DNA from: Alphaproteobacteria bacterium
GTDB taxonomy: Bacteria > Pseudomonadota > Alphaproteobacteria > SHVV01
Reading direction: 5' to 3'
Length of the DNA: 64,000 bases
NCBI GenBank assembly: GCA_965261735.1
Contig: OZ253470.1
Coordinates: 3,968,001 to 4,032,000, forward strand
Below, one piece after another: positions 10,319 to 19,950 of this stretch (positions within the stretch are counted from its first letter, which is position 1; every line of letters starts with the position of its first letter). Below the pieces are notes generated by a model, which worked only from the letters and a program-made list of their open reading frames with translations, ran no database searches and was not told where the DNA came from. Both the position numbers and the translations under genes were made by a program.

Positions 10319-10323
10319 GCGCG

Positions 10324-12138
10324 ATGGCGTCGGAGGCGCAACCGTTCCTGGGCGTCACCCATTCGCTCGGCGGGCGCGCCTGGCGGGCCCGCCTCGCCGA
10401 CGAGCGCGCCGCCCTGGCGCTCGCCCAACGGCTCGATGTCCCCGAGATTGTGGCGCGGGTTCTGGCGGCGCGCGGCGTGACCCTTGAAGAGGCGCCCGCC
10501 TACCTCAGTCCGAGTCTCAGGCGGGACCTGCCAGACCCCTCGCGCCTCAAGGATATGGACGCGGCGGCGGCACGCCTGGCGACCGCGATCTCAAATGGCG
10601 AGCAGGTCGCGGTATTCGGTGACTACGACGTTGACGGTGCGACCTCGTCGGCGTTGTTGTGGCGCTTCTTCGACGCCGTCGGCGGTAAGCTCACCATCTA
10701 CATCCCCGATCGCCTGCGCGAGGGCTACGGCCCGAACGCGCCGGCGCTCCTGGGACTGCGCGAGGCGGGCGTGAGCGTGGTCGTGACCGTCGACTGCGGG
10801 ACGCTCGCCCATGAGCCGCTGGCCGCCGCGGCCGACGCCGGCCTCGATGTCATCGTCGTCGACCACCACATGGCCGAGCCGGTATTGCCCAGGGCCTTCG
10901 CCGTCATCAACCCCAACCGCCTCGACGAGGAAGGTCTCGCCGGCGAGCTCGCAGCGGTCGGCGTCGCCTTCCTGCTCGTCGTGGCCGTCAACCGGGCGCT
11001 GCGAACCATGGGTTGGTATGAGGATCGCCCCGAGCCCGAGCTGATGGGATGGCTCGACCTGGTGGCGCTCGGGACCTTGTGCGACATGGTCCCGCTCACC
11101 GGGGTCAACCGGCCTCTGGTGGTGACCGGGCTCAAGGTCATGGCGCGGCGCTCCAACCTGGGCTTGACGGCGCTCGCCGACGTTGCGGGGATGAACGAGG
11201 CGCCTCGGGGCTACCATGCGGGCTTCGTACTCGGCCCCAGAGTCAACGCCGGCGGGCGCATCGGCAAGGCCGACCTCGGGGCCCGCCTGCTGTCGACCGC
11301 GGACGAGGAGGAGGCGCGGCGCATCGCCGCCGAGCTCGACGTGCTCAACCGCGAACGCCGCGCGATCGAGGCCATGGTGCTGGAACAGGCGAGCGCGGCC
11401 GCGGCGCGCGAGGACGATGGCGGGACGCTCGTCTGCGTCGCCGGGGCGGGTTGGCATCCGGGGGTGGTCGGCATCGTCGCCAGTCGGCTCAAGGATCGGT
11501 TCCGCCGGCCCGCCGCCGTGATCGCGCTCGCCGACGGGATCGGCAGGGGATCGGCGCGCTCGGTACCCGGCGTCGACCTCGGCGCCGCCGTCATCGCGGC
11601 GCGCCAGGCCGGGCTCCTCATCAACGGCGGCGGCCACCCAATGGCCGCGGGCCTGACGGTGGCGGAGGAAAACATACCCCGGCTCGCCGACTTCCTGCGT
11701 GCCCGGCTGGTGGCGGCCGTGCCCGCCCGGGCAGCCCAAAGCCTCGGCATAGACGGCGCGCTGTCGGTCGCCGGCGCCAGCCTCGAGCTGGCCGATCTGC
11801 TTGAGCGCGCGGGCCCCTTCGGTACCGCCAATCCCGAGCCGAGATTCGCCGTCACCAACGCTCGCCTGGTGCGTGCCGAGGTGGTCGGCGGCGAGCACGT
11901 GCGCTGCATCCTCGCCGGCGACGGTAGCGCCCGGCTCCAAAGCATCGCCTTTCGCTCACGCGGCGAGGCCCTCGGGGAGGCGTTGCTCGCGGCGGGGACC
12001 AGCGCCTACCACGTGGCCGGCCATCTGCGCATCGACAGCTGGCGCGGCCGGCACAGCGTCCGCCTGCACATAGAGGATGCCGCCCCGGCGACCTCGACGG
12101 CACCGGCGGCGCCGGATACGGGCCCGGGCGAGCCTTGA
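10324..12138 (+). CDS. recJ: Single-stranded-DNA-specific exonuclease RecJ
   Basis: GDYDVDG, TVDCG, DHH, GPRVNAGGRIG, GGGHPMAAG, GPFGTANPEP. Confidence 0.96.
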   Translation: MASEAQPFLGVTHSLGGRAWRARLADERAALALAQRLDVPEIVARVLAARGVTLEEAPAYLSPSLRRDLPDPSRLKDMDAAAARLATAISNGEQVAVFGDYDVDGATSSALLWRFFDAVGGKLTIYIPDRLREGYGPNAPALLGLREAGVSVVVTVDCGTLAHEPLAAAADAGLDVIVVDHHMAEPVLPRAFAVINPNRLDEEGLAGELAAVGVAFLLVVAVNRALRTMGWYEDRPEPELMGWLDLVALGTLCDMVPLTGVNRPLVVTGLKVMARRSNLGLTALADVAGMNEAPRGYHAGFVLGPRVNAGGRIGKADLGARLLSTADEEEARRIAAELDVLNRERRAIEAMVLEQASAAAAREDDGGTLVCVAGAGWHPGVVGIVASRLKDRFRRPAAVIALADGIGRGSARSVPGVDLGAAVIAARQAGLLINGGGHPMAAGLTVAEENIPRLADFLRARLVAAVPARAAQSLGIDGALSVAGASLELADLLERAGPFGTANPEPRFAVTNARLVRAEVVGGEHVRCILAGDGSARLQSIAFRSRGEALGEALLAAGTSAYHVAGHLRIDSWRGRHSVRLHIEDAAPATSTAPAAPDTGPGEP

Positions 12139-12202
12139 TTTCGCGTGCGACAGCGATTAGACCACGCTGGCGCGGCCCTTGGCCGGCACCGGATTGGCGC
12201 CC

Positions 12203-12280
12203 GTCCCCATCGTCTAGCCAGGCCTAGGACACCACCCTTTCAAGGTGGCGACACGGGTTCAAATCCCGTTGGGGACACCA
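12203..12280 (+). tRNA. tRNA-Glu (anticodon TTC)
   Basis: Acceptor GTCCCC/GGGGAC, anticodon arm CCACC-CTTTCAA-GGTGG, T-arm GGTTCAAATCC, encoded CCA end. Confidence 0.97.
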
Positions 12281-12406
12281 ATCCTGGCTTGGGGTGCCAA
12301 CGTGGGCGGGCGATAAGAGGCGGCGTCCAACATCTACTCACGGCTCGTCGGGACACTTGATGCAGTAGCTAAGCGGGAACGCCCCGACGGCCACGGGAAA
12401 TGACCG

Positions 12407-12832
12407 ATGAGCGATCAGTGGAAGTACCAGTTGCGAATTTTCTTGGGTGATGAGCTCGCGGAAGTGGCGCGGCGCGATCCTGGCGATGGTGCGATCAAGC
12501 CGTTGACGGGCATTCTGGGCAAGCATCGCGCGACTATGAAATGCCAGCTCGATGCCTTTGCGGACTATGTCGCCGAAGCCGAGGCGCAGGGCACCGAAAA
12601 ATATCCGCTCTACGAGTGGACCAGAGCGACGATCGAGGATCCCGCCAAGAAGGCGAAATACACCAAGTCCTTTACGCTTTATGTCGACGGCGACGAGGTC
12701 TACGCCAAGGAAAAAGCGGACGCGCTCGAGTCGGACCTACAGCCCCTGGTGGGCGCGTTGATCCTTCGCCTGTCCAAACACGATACCAATCCCGCCAACA
12801 ACCCACAGCCGCCGCCGCGCTACCGCAAGTGA
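12407..12832 (+). CDS. Hypothetical protein
   Basis: 141-aa ORF with typical codon usage and balanced composition. Confidence 0.7.
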   Translation: MSDQWKYQLRIFLGDELAEVARRDPGDGAIKPLTGILGKHRATMKCQLDAFADYVAEAEAQGTEKYPLYEWTRATIEDPAKKAKYTKSFTLYVDGDEVYAKEKADALESDLQPLVGALILRLSKHDTNPANNPQPPPRYRK

Positions 12833-12882
12833 GCGATCGGCGCGGCCGGTCACCCCGCGGCGTCCGGTAGTGGGACTCCTCC

Positions 12883-13386
12883 CTACTGGCGGCTCAACGA
12901 CTCCATCAACTCCCTCATGATCTCGGGGATCTCCCGCTCTCTGAACTGCGCCTGCTGGAACGAGTCGTAGGCGAAGCCGGTGATGTTGGCGAGCTCCTCA
13001 CCAGTGAGCTCGATCCGATAGCCGAGATTCTGGCGCTGCAGCGCGATCATCGCCTCGGCCCCGCGCAGCATGTCGGCCGCAAAGACGAACGGGTTCACGA
13101 GCGGTGCGCGGTCGGCGGCATCGAGGCTCGGCGCGACCCGGCCGCCGACGCCGTTGATCGAGTGGCAGATCACGCATCCCTTGCTCACGAACAGCCGCCG
13201 GCCCTGCGCCGAATCGAGCAGCGGGATGAGAAGGTTTAGCGGTTTGGGAACGAAGATGTCGTCCTTGGACGAGGACGCGGTCCCCTCCGCGCCCCAGGTC
13301 CGCGGTGCCACCGCCAGAAATATCGCCACGATGGCCGCGAGAAGGGCGGCATGCTTGAGGCCGCGACGCCGTCGCCGTCGCTCCAT
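12883..13386 (-). CDS. Exported monoheme c-type cytochrome
   Basis: Signal peptide; GRRLFVSKGCVICHSINGVGG (CxxCH). Confidence 0.8.
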   Translation of the reverse strand: MERRRRRRGLKHAALLAAIVAIFLAVAPRTWGAEGTASSSKDDIFVPKPLNLLIPLLDSAQGRRLFVSKGCVICHSINGVGGRVAPSLDAADRAPLVNPFVFAADMLRGAEAMIALQRQNLGYRIELTGEELANITGFAYDSFQQAQFREREIPEIMRELMESLSRQ

Positions 13387-13459
13387 GACGCGCGTCTCCC
13401 TTGTCAGGTGCGTGAGGTGTCATGGAACGGCGGAAGGGCACGCGTCGCCTTGACCTCGA

Positions 13460-13843
13460 TCAAGGAGGTGCCGGCGAGCCGTCGTGGATTTCGAGAACGT
13501 TGCCGTCGGGGTCGTGGAAGTAGGCCGAGCGGCCGGCGAACACGCCGCTTTCCCGGCGCTCGATGAGGAAGGGTGCGGCGCCGTGCGCCCCGAGCGTTTC
13601 AACGGCGCCGTCGAAGGCCTCGGCCGCCACGCGGAACGCATGATGGACCGTGGTGTCCGCCTCCTCCGACGGGCCGGGCTCGCCCCTGGCCAGAACGACA
13701 TGATCGGCCCCGCACTTGAGGAAGACCAGACTCGACCCGCGGTGGACGACCTCCATGCCGAGCACGTCCGTATAGAAGGTCGTGCTGCGCTCGATGTCGC
13801 TCACCCCGATGCTGAAATGAACCACGCCTAGGGTCTGGATCAT
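13460..13843 (-). CDS. VOC / glyoxalase family protein
   Basis: HFSIGVSDIERS..FY..VLG, HHAF, YFHDPDGNVLE. Confidence 0.9.
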   Translation of the reverse strand: MIQTLGVVHFSIGVSDIERSTTFYTDVLGMEVVHRGSSLVFLKCGADHVVLARGEPGPSEEADTTVHHAFRVAAEAFDGAVETLGAHGAAPFLIERRESGVFAGRSAYFHDPDGNVLEIHDGSPAPP

Positions 13844-14049
13844 GACGTCCTCCCGGTGGGCGGCGCTCGGCGCCCGCCGCGGCGGTGACGAGCGTCCCCC
13901 TCCGCAATACTAGCTCATGCGGCCGCGAGATCGAGCGGAAGCGGGTCGATCTCAGTAACGGCGATTCGGCCCTGTACCCTATTTCGGTGTTGTTCTACGG
14001 CCTCGCCGAGGCCATCTTTCGCCATCTTCCTCCGGAGGGACGGGTCGCC

Positions 14050-14511
14050 ATGCGCGCATTCTCGCTCTTGTTTCTTTTGTTGGTGCTCGCGCTGCCGGCG
14101 CGGGCCGAGAACCCGACGCCCTATTCGGGCACGCGATCCGTCGACACCGGCCAAGCGTTCGCCGCGTTCGTCGACAAGCTGGTGGCCGCGGTCAAGAGCC
14201 AGCGCATGGGCATCGTCGCGCAGGCCTGTGCCGACTGCGGCGCCAAGTCGATCGGCAAGTCGATTCCCGGCAACCGCGTCATCATGATCTTCCGTCCCGA
14301 CTTTGCGGTGCGCATGTTGGCGGCGAGCGCCGCCGCCGGCATCGAGGCGCCGCTCCGTCTTTATGTCACCGAAGAGGCGAACGGGAGCGCCAAATTGACC
14401 TATCGGCTGCCGAGCCACGTCTTCGCGGCGTACGAGGTTCCGGCGCTCGAGGCGTTGGCGGGGGAACTCGACGTCATCCTCGAACGTATCGTTGCCGCGG
14501 CCCTCGAATAG
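14050..14511 (+). CDS. Exported DUF302-like protein
   Basis: Signal peptide; FRPDFAVRML..S..AGIEAPLRLYVTE..Y..PS pattern. Confidence 0.7.
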   Translation: MRAFSLLFLLLVLALPARAENPTPYSGTRSVDTGQAFAAFVDKLVAAVKSQRMGIVAQACADCGAKSIGKSIPGNRVIMIFRPDFAVRMLAASAAAGIEAPLRLYVTEEANGSAKLTYRLPSHVFAAYEVPALEALAGELDVILERIVAAALE

Positions 14512-14522
14512 GGGAGACCCGC

Positions 14523-15428
14523 TTGCCCAAGCAAACGCCCGGGCGCCGCCTGAGGCGCCTTCTCAAGCGTGGCCGTTTTGTTTACATGCCGTCGGTCTAC
14601 GACCCGCTCATGGCTAGGCTCACACAGGCCGCGGGCTTCAAGGCGGTCTACACGGGCGGCTACGCGACCGGCGCCGCGTCGACCATCACCGAGCCGCTAC
14701 TCACTATGACCGAGCAGATCGAGCAGGCCCGGCATATCGCGCACGCCGCGGACCTGCCGCTCGTTATGGACGCCGGCGCCGGCTGGGGCGAGCCGCTGCA
14801 CGCGATGCGCACGGTGGCCGAATGTATCGCCGCGGGCGTCGCCGGCGCGCACATCGAAGACCAGCTCTACCCGAAGCGGGCGCATTACCACAAATATGTC
14901 GCCCACGCGGTCCCGCTCGCACAGTTCGTCGACAAGATCCGGCTCGCCTGTCGCGCACGCGACGCGATCGACAGGGACTTCGTTGTCATCGCGCGCTCGG
15001 ACACCTGCCGCGCCTTTGGCCTCGGCGAGGCCATCAAGCGCATCAACAAGGCAGCCGATGTCGGTGCCAACTTCGGCCTCCTCTTCCCGCGCGACCACCG
15101 CGAGAGCGTCGCCGCGCCCAAGCGCGCGAGCGTGCCGCTCATCTGGGTGCAGAGCCGCGGCAACCGCGATGGGCGTCCGACCTACTCCAACGACCAACTC
15201 GCCGATATGGGCTATGCCGCCTGTATCGATGCCCAGATCGCGGTCGGGGTCGCGTTCCATTTCCTGCGCCAGGCGCTCGCGGAGGTGCGGCGCACCGGGG
15301 ACTACCGGGGCATGACCGAGGCCGAGTGGGTGCGCACGCGCCAGGACATCGAGGACCTGATCGGCCTCTCCGGCTACTACGCGGTCGAGGAAGAAACGGT
15401 GGAAAAGAAACGCGCCCGCAAGAGCTGA
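14523..15428 (+). CDS. Isocitrate lyase / PEP mutase family protein (PrpB-like)
   Basis: YDPLMAR, GFKAVY, DAGAGWG, HIEDQ..PK, IARSD. Confidence 0.85.
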   Translation: MPKQTPGRRLRRLLKRGRFVYMPSVYDPLMARLTQAAGFKAVYTGGYATGAASTITEPLLTMTEQIEQARHIAHAADLPLVMDAGAGWGEPLHAMRTVAECIAAGVAGAHIEDQLYPKRAHYHKYVAHAVPLAQFVDKIRLACRARDAIDRDFVVIARSDTCRAFGLGEAIKRINKAADVGANFGLLFPRDHRESVAAPKRASVPLIWVQSRGNRDGRPTYSNDQLADMGYAACIDAQIAVGVAFHFLRQALAEVRRTGDYRGMTEAEWVRTRQDIEDLIGLSGYYAVEEETVEKKRARKS

Positions 15429-15442
15429 CGACCGAGCGCCAC

Positions 15443-15787
15443 TCAGTGCTCGTGCCGGTGCAGGATCCTATCCTGGAGGCCGGTATCGTAGGCCAGCCCC
15501 TCGGGCGTTATCGCGATGGCGATGGGGAAGCTCGACTTCGCCAGTCCCTTGCGCTCCAGAGCCTTCCACACCGATTCGTTGTGCAGGCCCGTCGCGTCGC
15601 GCGCCATCGACACCGCATCGCCGATGTGAAAGTGATCGCCGTGGGGCTGTGGCAGGTAAGTGATCATCACGTCGCCGCTGTCCTCGACCGGCGTCGATGA
15701 TTCGGGGTGGCGCGCGAGTTCCTGCAGCAGCGTCAGCGTCTTGAGCTGCAGGTTATTGAGCTTGAGGGGGTTGGTGCGTGGCGCCAT
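15443..15787 (-). CDS. Hypothetical protein
   Basis: 114-aa ORF (NPLKLNNLQLKTL...PHGDHFHIG) with typical codon usage. Confidence 0.7.
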   Translation of the reverse strand: MAPRTNPLKLNNLQLKTLTLLQELARHPESSTPVEDSGDVMITYLPQPHGDHFHIGDAVSMARDATGLHNESVWKALERKGLAKSSFPIAIAITPEGLAYDTGLQDRILHRHEH

Positions 15788-15840
15788 GGCCCGCCACGTC
15801 TAACAGACGCGCGCTTCGCCAACAAGCGGACAGCGCCGTC

Positions 15841-16083
15841 CTAGGAGCGCCAAAAGGGCTTGCGCGACTCCTTGCGGGCATCGAGGGCGCGTACCCCCAT
15901 GTCGCGAAACAAGCGATCGTCGAGCATCGACAACTGGCGGCGCTGGCGCGCTCGCCGGTGCCACAGAACCACCGTGTCGATCCCTCGGCGGAAAGCTGCG
16001 GTGAGGCCGCGCGCACCCAGCCGCGCGGCCGCGACCGGATCGTTCGTCGGCTTCGAGCGTGGTCCACGCACTTCGAAGGTCAC
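15841..16083 (-). CDS. DUF1127 (YjiS-like) small Arg-rich protein
   Basis: W.RRARQRRQL..LDDRL.RDMG...E..KPFWR; GTG start after AGAAGG (longer ATG start at 16200 possible). Confidence 0.8.
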   Translation of the reverse strand: MTFEVRGPRSKPTNDPVAAARLGARGLTAAFRRGIDTVVLWHRRARQRRQLSMLDDRLFRDMGVRALDARKESRKPFWRS

Positions 16084-16316
16084 CCTTCTTCTCCCGCGTA
16101 CGACGCGCGGGGTTGATGGCGTAGGGCGGTTCGATGGGCGCGCCCACCCCGTACTTGCGGTCGCCGCGATACCCGCCCTTGATATCTGTGCCAGCTTCAT
16201 TCTCCTCATGTGGTGCGAGCTTGCAGTGTTGGCACCTAGGCCGCAGGATGGCTCACTCTTGGGAGTTGGAGCAAACGATCGTTTCTCATCGTACGGATTA
16301 GGAAAGCTCACTCGAA

Positions 16317-17210
16317 ATGTTGCGACGGATGCCCCCGCTGGGCGCACTTCGGGCCTACGAGGCCGCCGCCCGACACCTGAGCTTTACGCTCGCCGCTGAG
16401 GAGCTCAACGTCACCCCGTCGGCGATCAGCCATCAGGTAAAGGCGCTGGAGCGGTGGCTCGGCGTGCCGCTGTTCCGGCGCTTCAACCGGGCGCTGGCGC
16501 TGACCGAGGAGGGTCGCGCCTACCTGCCGGCCGTCGGTGCCGCGCTGGACGGCATCAGCGACGCCACCATGCGCTTGCTCCACGGCGAGGTCTCGCGCGC
16601 GCTGACTGTGTCTACGCTCACCTCCTTCGCCGCCGGCTGGCTGGTGCCGCGCCTGAAGGGCTTTCGCGCGGCCTGGCCCGATATCGACGTTCGCCTGATG
16701 CTGTCGGAGGAGTTGGTCGACTTCCGCCGCGACGGCGTTGACCTGGCAATCCGCTATGGCGGAGGCGCCTGGCCGGGCGTTCGCGCGGTGCGGTTCCTTA
16801 CCGAGGACATCTTTCCCGTGTGCAGCTCGGGGCTGTTGGCCAGGGCGCCGCTCGATACACCTGCCGACCTGGCTCGGCATACGCTGCTGCACGACGATAT
16901 GCCGGCCGACTGGGGCACCTGGCTCGGCGCCGCCGGTGTGGCCGGAGTCGACGTTGCGCGCGGGCCGCGCTTTGACCAGTCGAACCTGGTCATTCAGTCG
17001 GCGATCGATGGCGAGGGCGTCGCGCTCGGCCGCAGCGCCCTGGTCGCTGACGCGCTCGCCGATGGCCGCCTCGTGCGGCCCTTCGCGATCAGCCTGCCGG
17101 CCCAGTACGCCCACTACATCGTGTGCCCCGAGGCGGCGATCGATCGGCCCGCCATACGCGCCTTCAGCGACTGGCTCCTGCAGGAGGCGGCGGTCTTCGA
17201 GGCGGCGTAG
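16317..17210 (+). CDS. LysR-type regulator, GcvA-like
   Basis: PPLGALRAYEAAARHLSFT.AAEEL.VTPSAISHQVK; WLVPRL; DLAIRYG. Confidence 0.92.
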   Translation: MLRRMPPLGALRAYEAAARHLSFTLAAEELNVTPSAISHQVKALERWLGVPLFRRFNRALALTEEGRAYLPAVGAALDGISDATMRLLHGEVSRALTVSTLTSFAAGWLVPRLKGFRAAWPDIDVRLMLSEELVDFRRDGVDLAIRYGGGAWPGVRAVRFLTEDIFPVCSSGLLARAPLDTPADLARHTLLHDDMPADWGTWLGAAGVAGVDVARGPRFDQSNLVIQSAIDGEGVALGRSALVADALADGRLVRPFAISLPAQYAHYIVCPEAAIDRPAIRAFSDWLLQEAAVFEAA

Positions 17211-17220
17211 CGCCGCACCT

Positions 17221-18117
17221 TCAGCCCGCGAAGCGGGGCTCGGGCAGACCGCGGACGCCGGGCTCAAGCGCGAGCACGCCGCCGGTCCAGGGCTGGCGCG
17301 CGCGCTGCTCGGCCGAGAGGCGGAAGCTCGCGCTGGTCACATAGAGGATGTCGAGGTTGGGGCCCCCGAAGGCGAGGCTCGTCGGCCGGCTCACGGGCAC
17401 CTCGATCGTGCGCTCGATGCCGCCCGCGGGATCGTAGCGCACGATGTGGCTGCGCTCGGCCGAGGTGTCGAAATTGAACACCGCGCTCCATAGGAAGCCT
17501 TGCGAATCGACCGTGGCGCCGTCAGGGACGCCGTCGCTCTCGCTGACCCTCGCGAACACGCGCTTGGTGCCGATCGCGCCCGTTTCGAGGTCGAAGTCGT
17601 AGGCGTAGATCTCGTGGCGATGGCTGTCGGCGAAATACATCGTTCGGTCGTCGAGACTCCAGGCGAGGCCGTTCGCCACATAGATGCCGTCATCCAGCGT
17701 ATGGCACGAAAGGTCGGGGTCGAAGCGGTGCAGGCGGCCCGAGGGCTTGTCGATCATGCGGCTCATGCTGCCGACCCAGAAGCGCCCCTTGCGGTCGCAG
17801 CGGCCGTCGTTGAGCAGATTGTCGGGGCCGTTGGGCTCGGGTTCGCACTTGGTCTCGAACGCGCCCGAGTCGGGGTCGAAGAACGCGAGCCCCGAGCGCG
17901 CGGCGAGCAGCAATCCGCCGCCGGCTCGGAGCGCAAAGGAGCCGAGCTTCTCGGGCGGCCGCCAACTGGTTACGACGCCGGTTTCGGGCATGAGGCGGTG
18001 GAGCGCGGGCTTGAGCGCGTCCATCCAGTAGAGCGCTTGTTCCTCGACGCTCCAGATCGGCACCTCGCCGAGCACGTCCTCGGTGTCGGCGACGCGCGCC
18101 ACATCGACCGTGCTCAT
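17221..18117 (-). CDS. SMP-30 / gluconolactonase family protein
   Basis: LGEVPIW, NDGRCD..GRFW.GSM, NGLAWS, PDG..VD..G.LW, AFGG. Confidence 0.92.
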   Translation of the reverse strand: MSTVDVARVADTEDVLGEVPIWSVEEQALYWMDALKPALHRLMPETGVVTSWRPPEKLGSFALRAGGGLLLAARSGLAFFDPDSGAFETKCEPEPNGPDNLLNDGRCDRKGRFWVGSMSRMIDKPSGRLHRFDPDLSCHTLDDGIYVANGLAWSLDDRTMYFADSHRHEIYAYDFDLETGAIGTKRVFARVSESDGVPDGATVDSQGFLWSAVFNFDTSAERSHIVRYDPAGGIERTIEVPVSRPTSLAFGGPNLDILYVTSASFRLSAEQRARQPWTGGVLALEPGVRGLPEPRFAG

Positions 18118-19721
18118 CCGCCCTCGCCAGCCGCGGCCGCCTCGGCCGGCTCGAAAAATGCGACGAGCCGGTTCTTCTGTAGTTTGCCGGTCGAGGTCAA
18201 CGGCAGCGCCCCGGCGCCAACGAAGCGGAACGCGCGCGGCACCTTGTAAGCGGCGAGTGACTCGCGACAGAAGCGGCGCAGCTCGTCGGGCCCGACGCCG
18301 TCCTTCTCGGCCAGCACGATGACGGCGCCGAGAATCTCGTCACGCTCGGCATCGGGCACGCCGACGACATAGGCCTGATCGACCGCCGGGTGCGATGCCA
18401 GGATCTCCTCGACCTCGACGGGCGCCACGTTGATGCCGCCCGTTTTCACCATCTCCTTGAGGCGGCCGCGGAAGAAGAGCCGGCCCTCGGCATCGAGCAG
18501 CCCGAGGTCACCGGTGAGGAAATAGCCGTCGGCATCGAACGCGGCTGCGTTCTTGTCGGCATCCTTGTAGTAGCCGACGGTGACGTAGCCCTTGACCTTG
18601 ATCTCGCCGACCGCCCCTTCGGGCAGACGCGCGTGCGTCGCCGGATCGGCGATGACGATCTCGGTCCCCGGCAGGGCTTTGCCGATGGATTCGGTGCGCA
18701 GCTCGATGGGGTCGCGGCCGTCGGTGACGTTGCTGTTGGCGTAGGTTTCGGTGAGGCCATAGACGTTGCAGATCTCGGGCACGAGATCGATGGCACGGCG
18801 AAGCTGCGCCGGCGTACCCAGCGTCGCCCCTGTACGCAGGCTCGACAGGTCGCGGGCGGGGCGGTCCGGGTGCTCGGCGATGGCCAGCACCATGTTGGGC
18901 GTTGCGTAGAGCACAGTGCAGCGCTCGCTCTCGATCAGCTCCATCGCGACGCCCGCGTCGAAGCGCTCCTGAAGGACGAACGAGCCGCCGTGCGTGAGGA
19001 CCGCGAACAGCGCGTTCTCGCAGCCAAAGCCCCAAAACAGGGGCACCGCGAGCCATACCCGGTCGGCTTCGCTGAGGTGCTGGCGCTCACCGATGCTCCA
19101 CATGTTCTCGATCAGCGCGAAGTGCTGCAGCTGCACGCCCTTGGGCGTCGAGGTCGAGCCCGAGGTATAGAGGAGGTAGGCGACGTCTTCGGCGACTACG
19201 GCCGCCTGGGCGGCATCGATGTCGGCATCGGCGATCGCGGCGCCGCGCACGCGCAGCCCGGTGAAGGCGATGGTGCCCGCGTGGTCGCTCTCGCTCAAGC
19301 AGATGATGTGCTCGAGCAGCGGCAGGCGCGCGCTGCCGGGGCCGATATCGCGCACCATGGCGAGATAGTCGTTGCCGAGGAAGCGGTCGATCAGGATCAG
19401 GGTGCGCGCATCCGAATGGTGCAGCTGGTATTCGAGCTCGCGCGCCGTGGCCCAGGTGTTGACCGAGACCATGGTCGCTCCGAGCAGGGTGATGGCGAAG
19501 GCGGAGAGCAGCCATTCGGGCCGGTTGCCCATGAGCAGCGCGACCTTGTCGCCGCGGCGGATCCCGATGTCGTGCAGGCCCTTGGCGATGTCCCGCGTTT
19601 CGGCGCGGAGCTCGGCGTAGGTGGTGCGCGTGCCGCCGCCGATCACCGCCTCGCGCTCGGGATAGCGCGCGGCCATCTCGTCGATGAGATCGGCAATCGT
19701 ACGGCTTACCGGCATGCGCAT
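18114..19721 (-). CDS. Acyl-CoA synthetase (AMP-forming)
   Basis: YTSGSTSTPKG, YGLTE, TGDLG, GRLKEMVKTGG, TGKLQK. Confidence 0.92.
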   Translation of the reverse strand: MRMPVSRTIADLIDEMAARYPEREAVIGGGTRTTYAELRAETRDIAKGLHDIGIRRGDKVALLMGNRPEWLLSAFAITLLGATMVSVNTWATARELEYQLHHSDARTLILIDRFLGNDYLAMVRDIGPGSARLPLLEHIICLSESDHAGTIAFTGLRVRGAAIADADIDAAQAAVVAEDVAYLLYTSGSTSTPKGVQLQHFALIENMWSIGERQHLSEADRVWLAVPLFWGFGCENALFAVLTHGGSFVLQERFDAGVAMELIESERCTVLYATPNMVLAIAEHPDRPARDLSSLRTGATLGTPAQLRRAIDLVPEICNVYGLTETYANSNVTDGRDPIELRTESIGKALPGTEIVIADPATHARLPEGAVGEIKVKGYVTVGYYKDADKNAAAFDADGYFLTGDLGLLDAEGRLFFRGRLKEMVKTGGINVAPVEVEEILASHPAVDQAYVVGVPDAERDEILGAVIVLAEKDGVGPDELRRFCRESLAAYKVPRAFRFVGAGALPLTSTGKLQKNRLVAFFEPAEAAAAGEGG

Positions 19722-19950
19722 GGCGCGCGGCCTCCCTCAAACCGCGTTTCCAAAGCGGTCCTCATTGTGCCGCGAAAGACGGCGCTCGAACAACACGTGG
19801 CGCGCGCCTGCGTCACATGGCTAAGGCGATCGGTATCAACTTCGTGTCGGCCTCACCGCGGCGAGCATGGCGGCAAGGCATCGAGTCGAGCCTGTGATTG
19901 ACGGAGTCATGAGTTGAGGGCCATATCCGCCTTATAGACGGAACGTACGC

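Noticed and set aside
12203-12410. tRNA-Glu as the attachment site of an integrated island
   Set aside because: No integrase follows and I found no duplicate of the tRNA 3' end in the window; downstream genes have host-like composition
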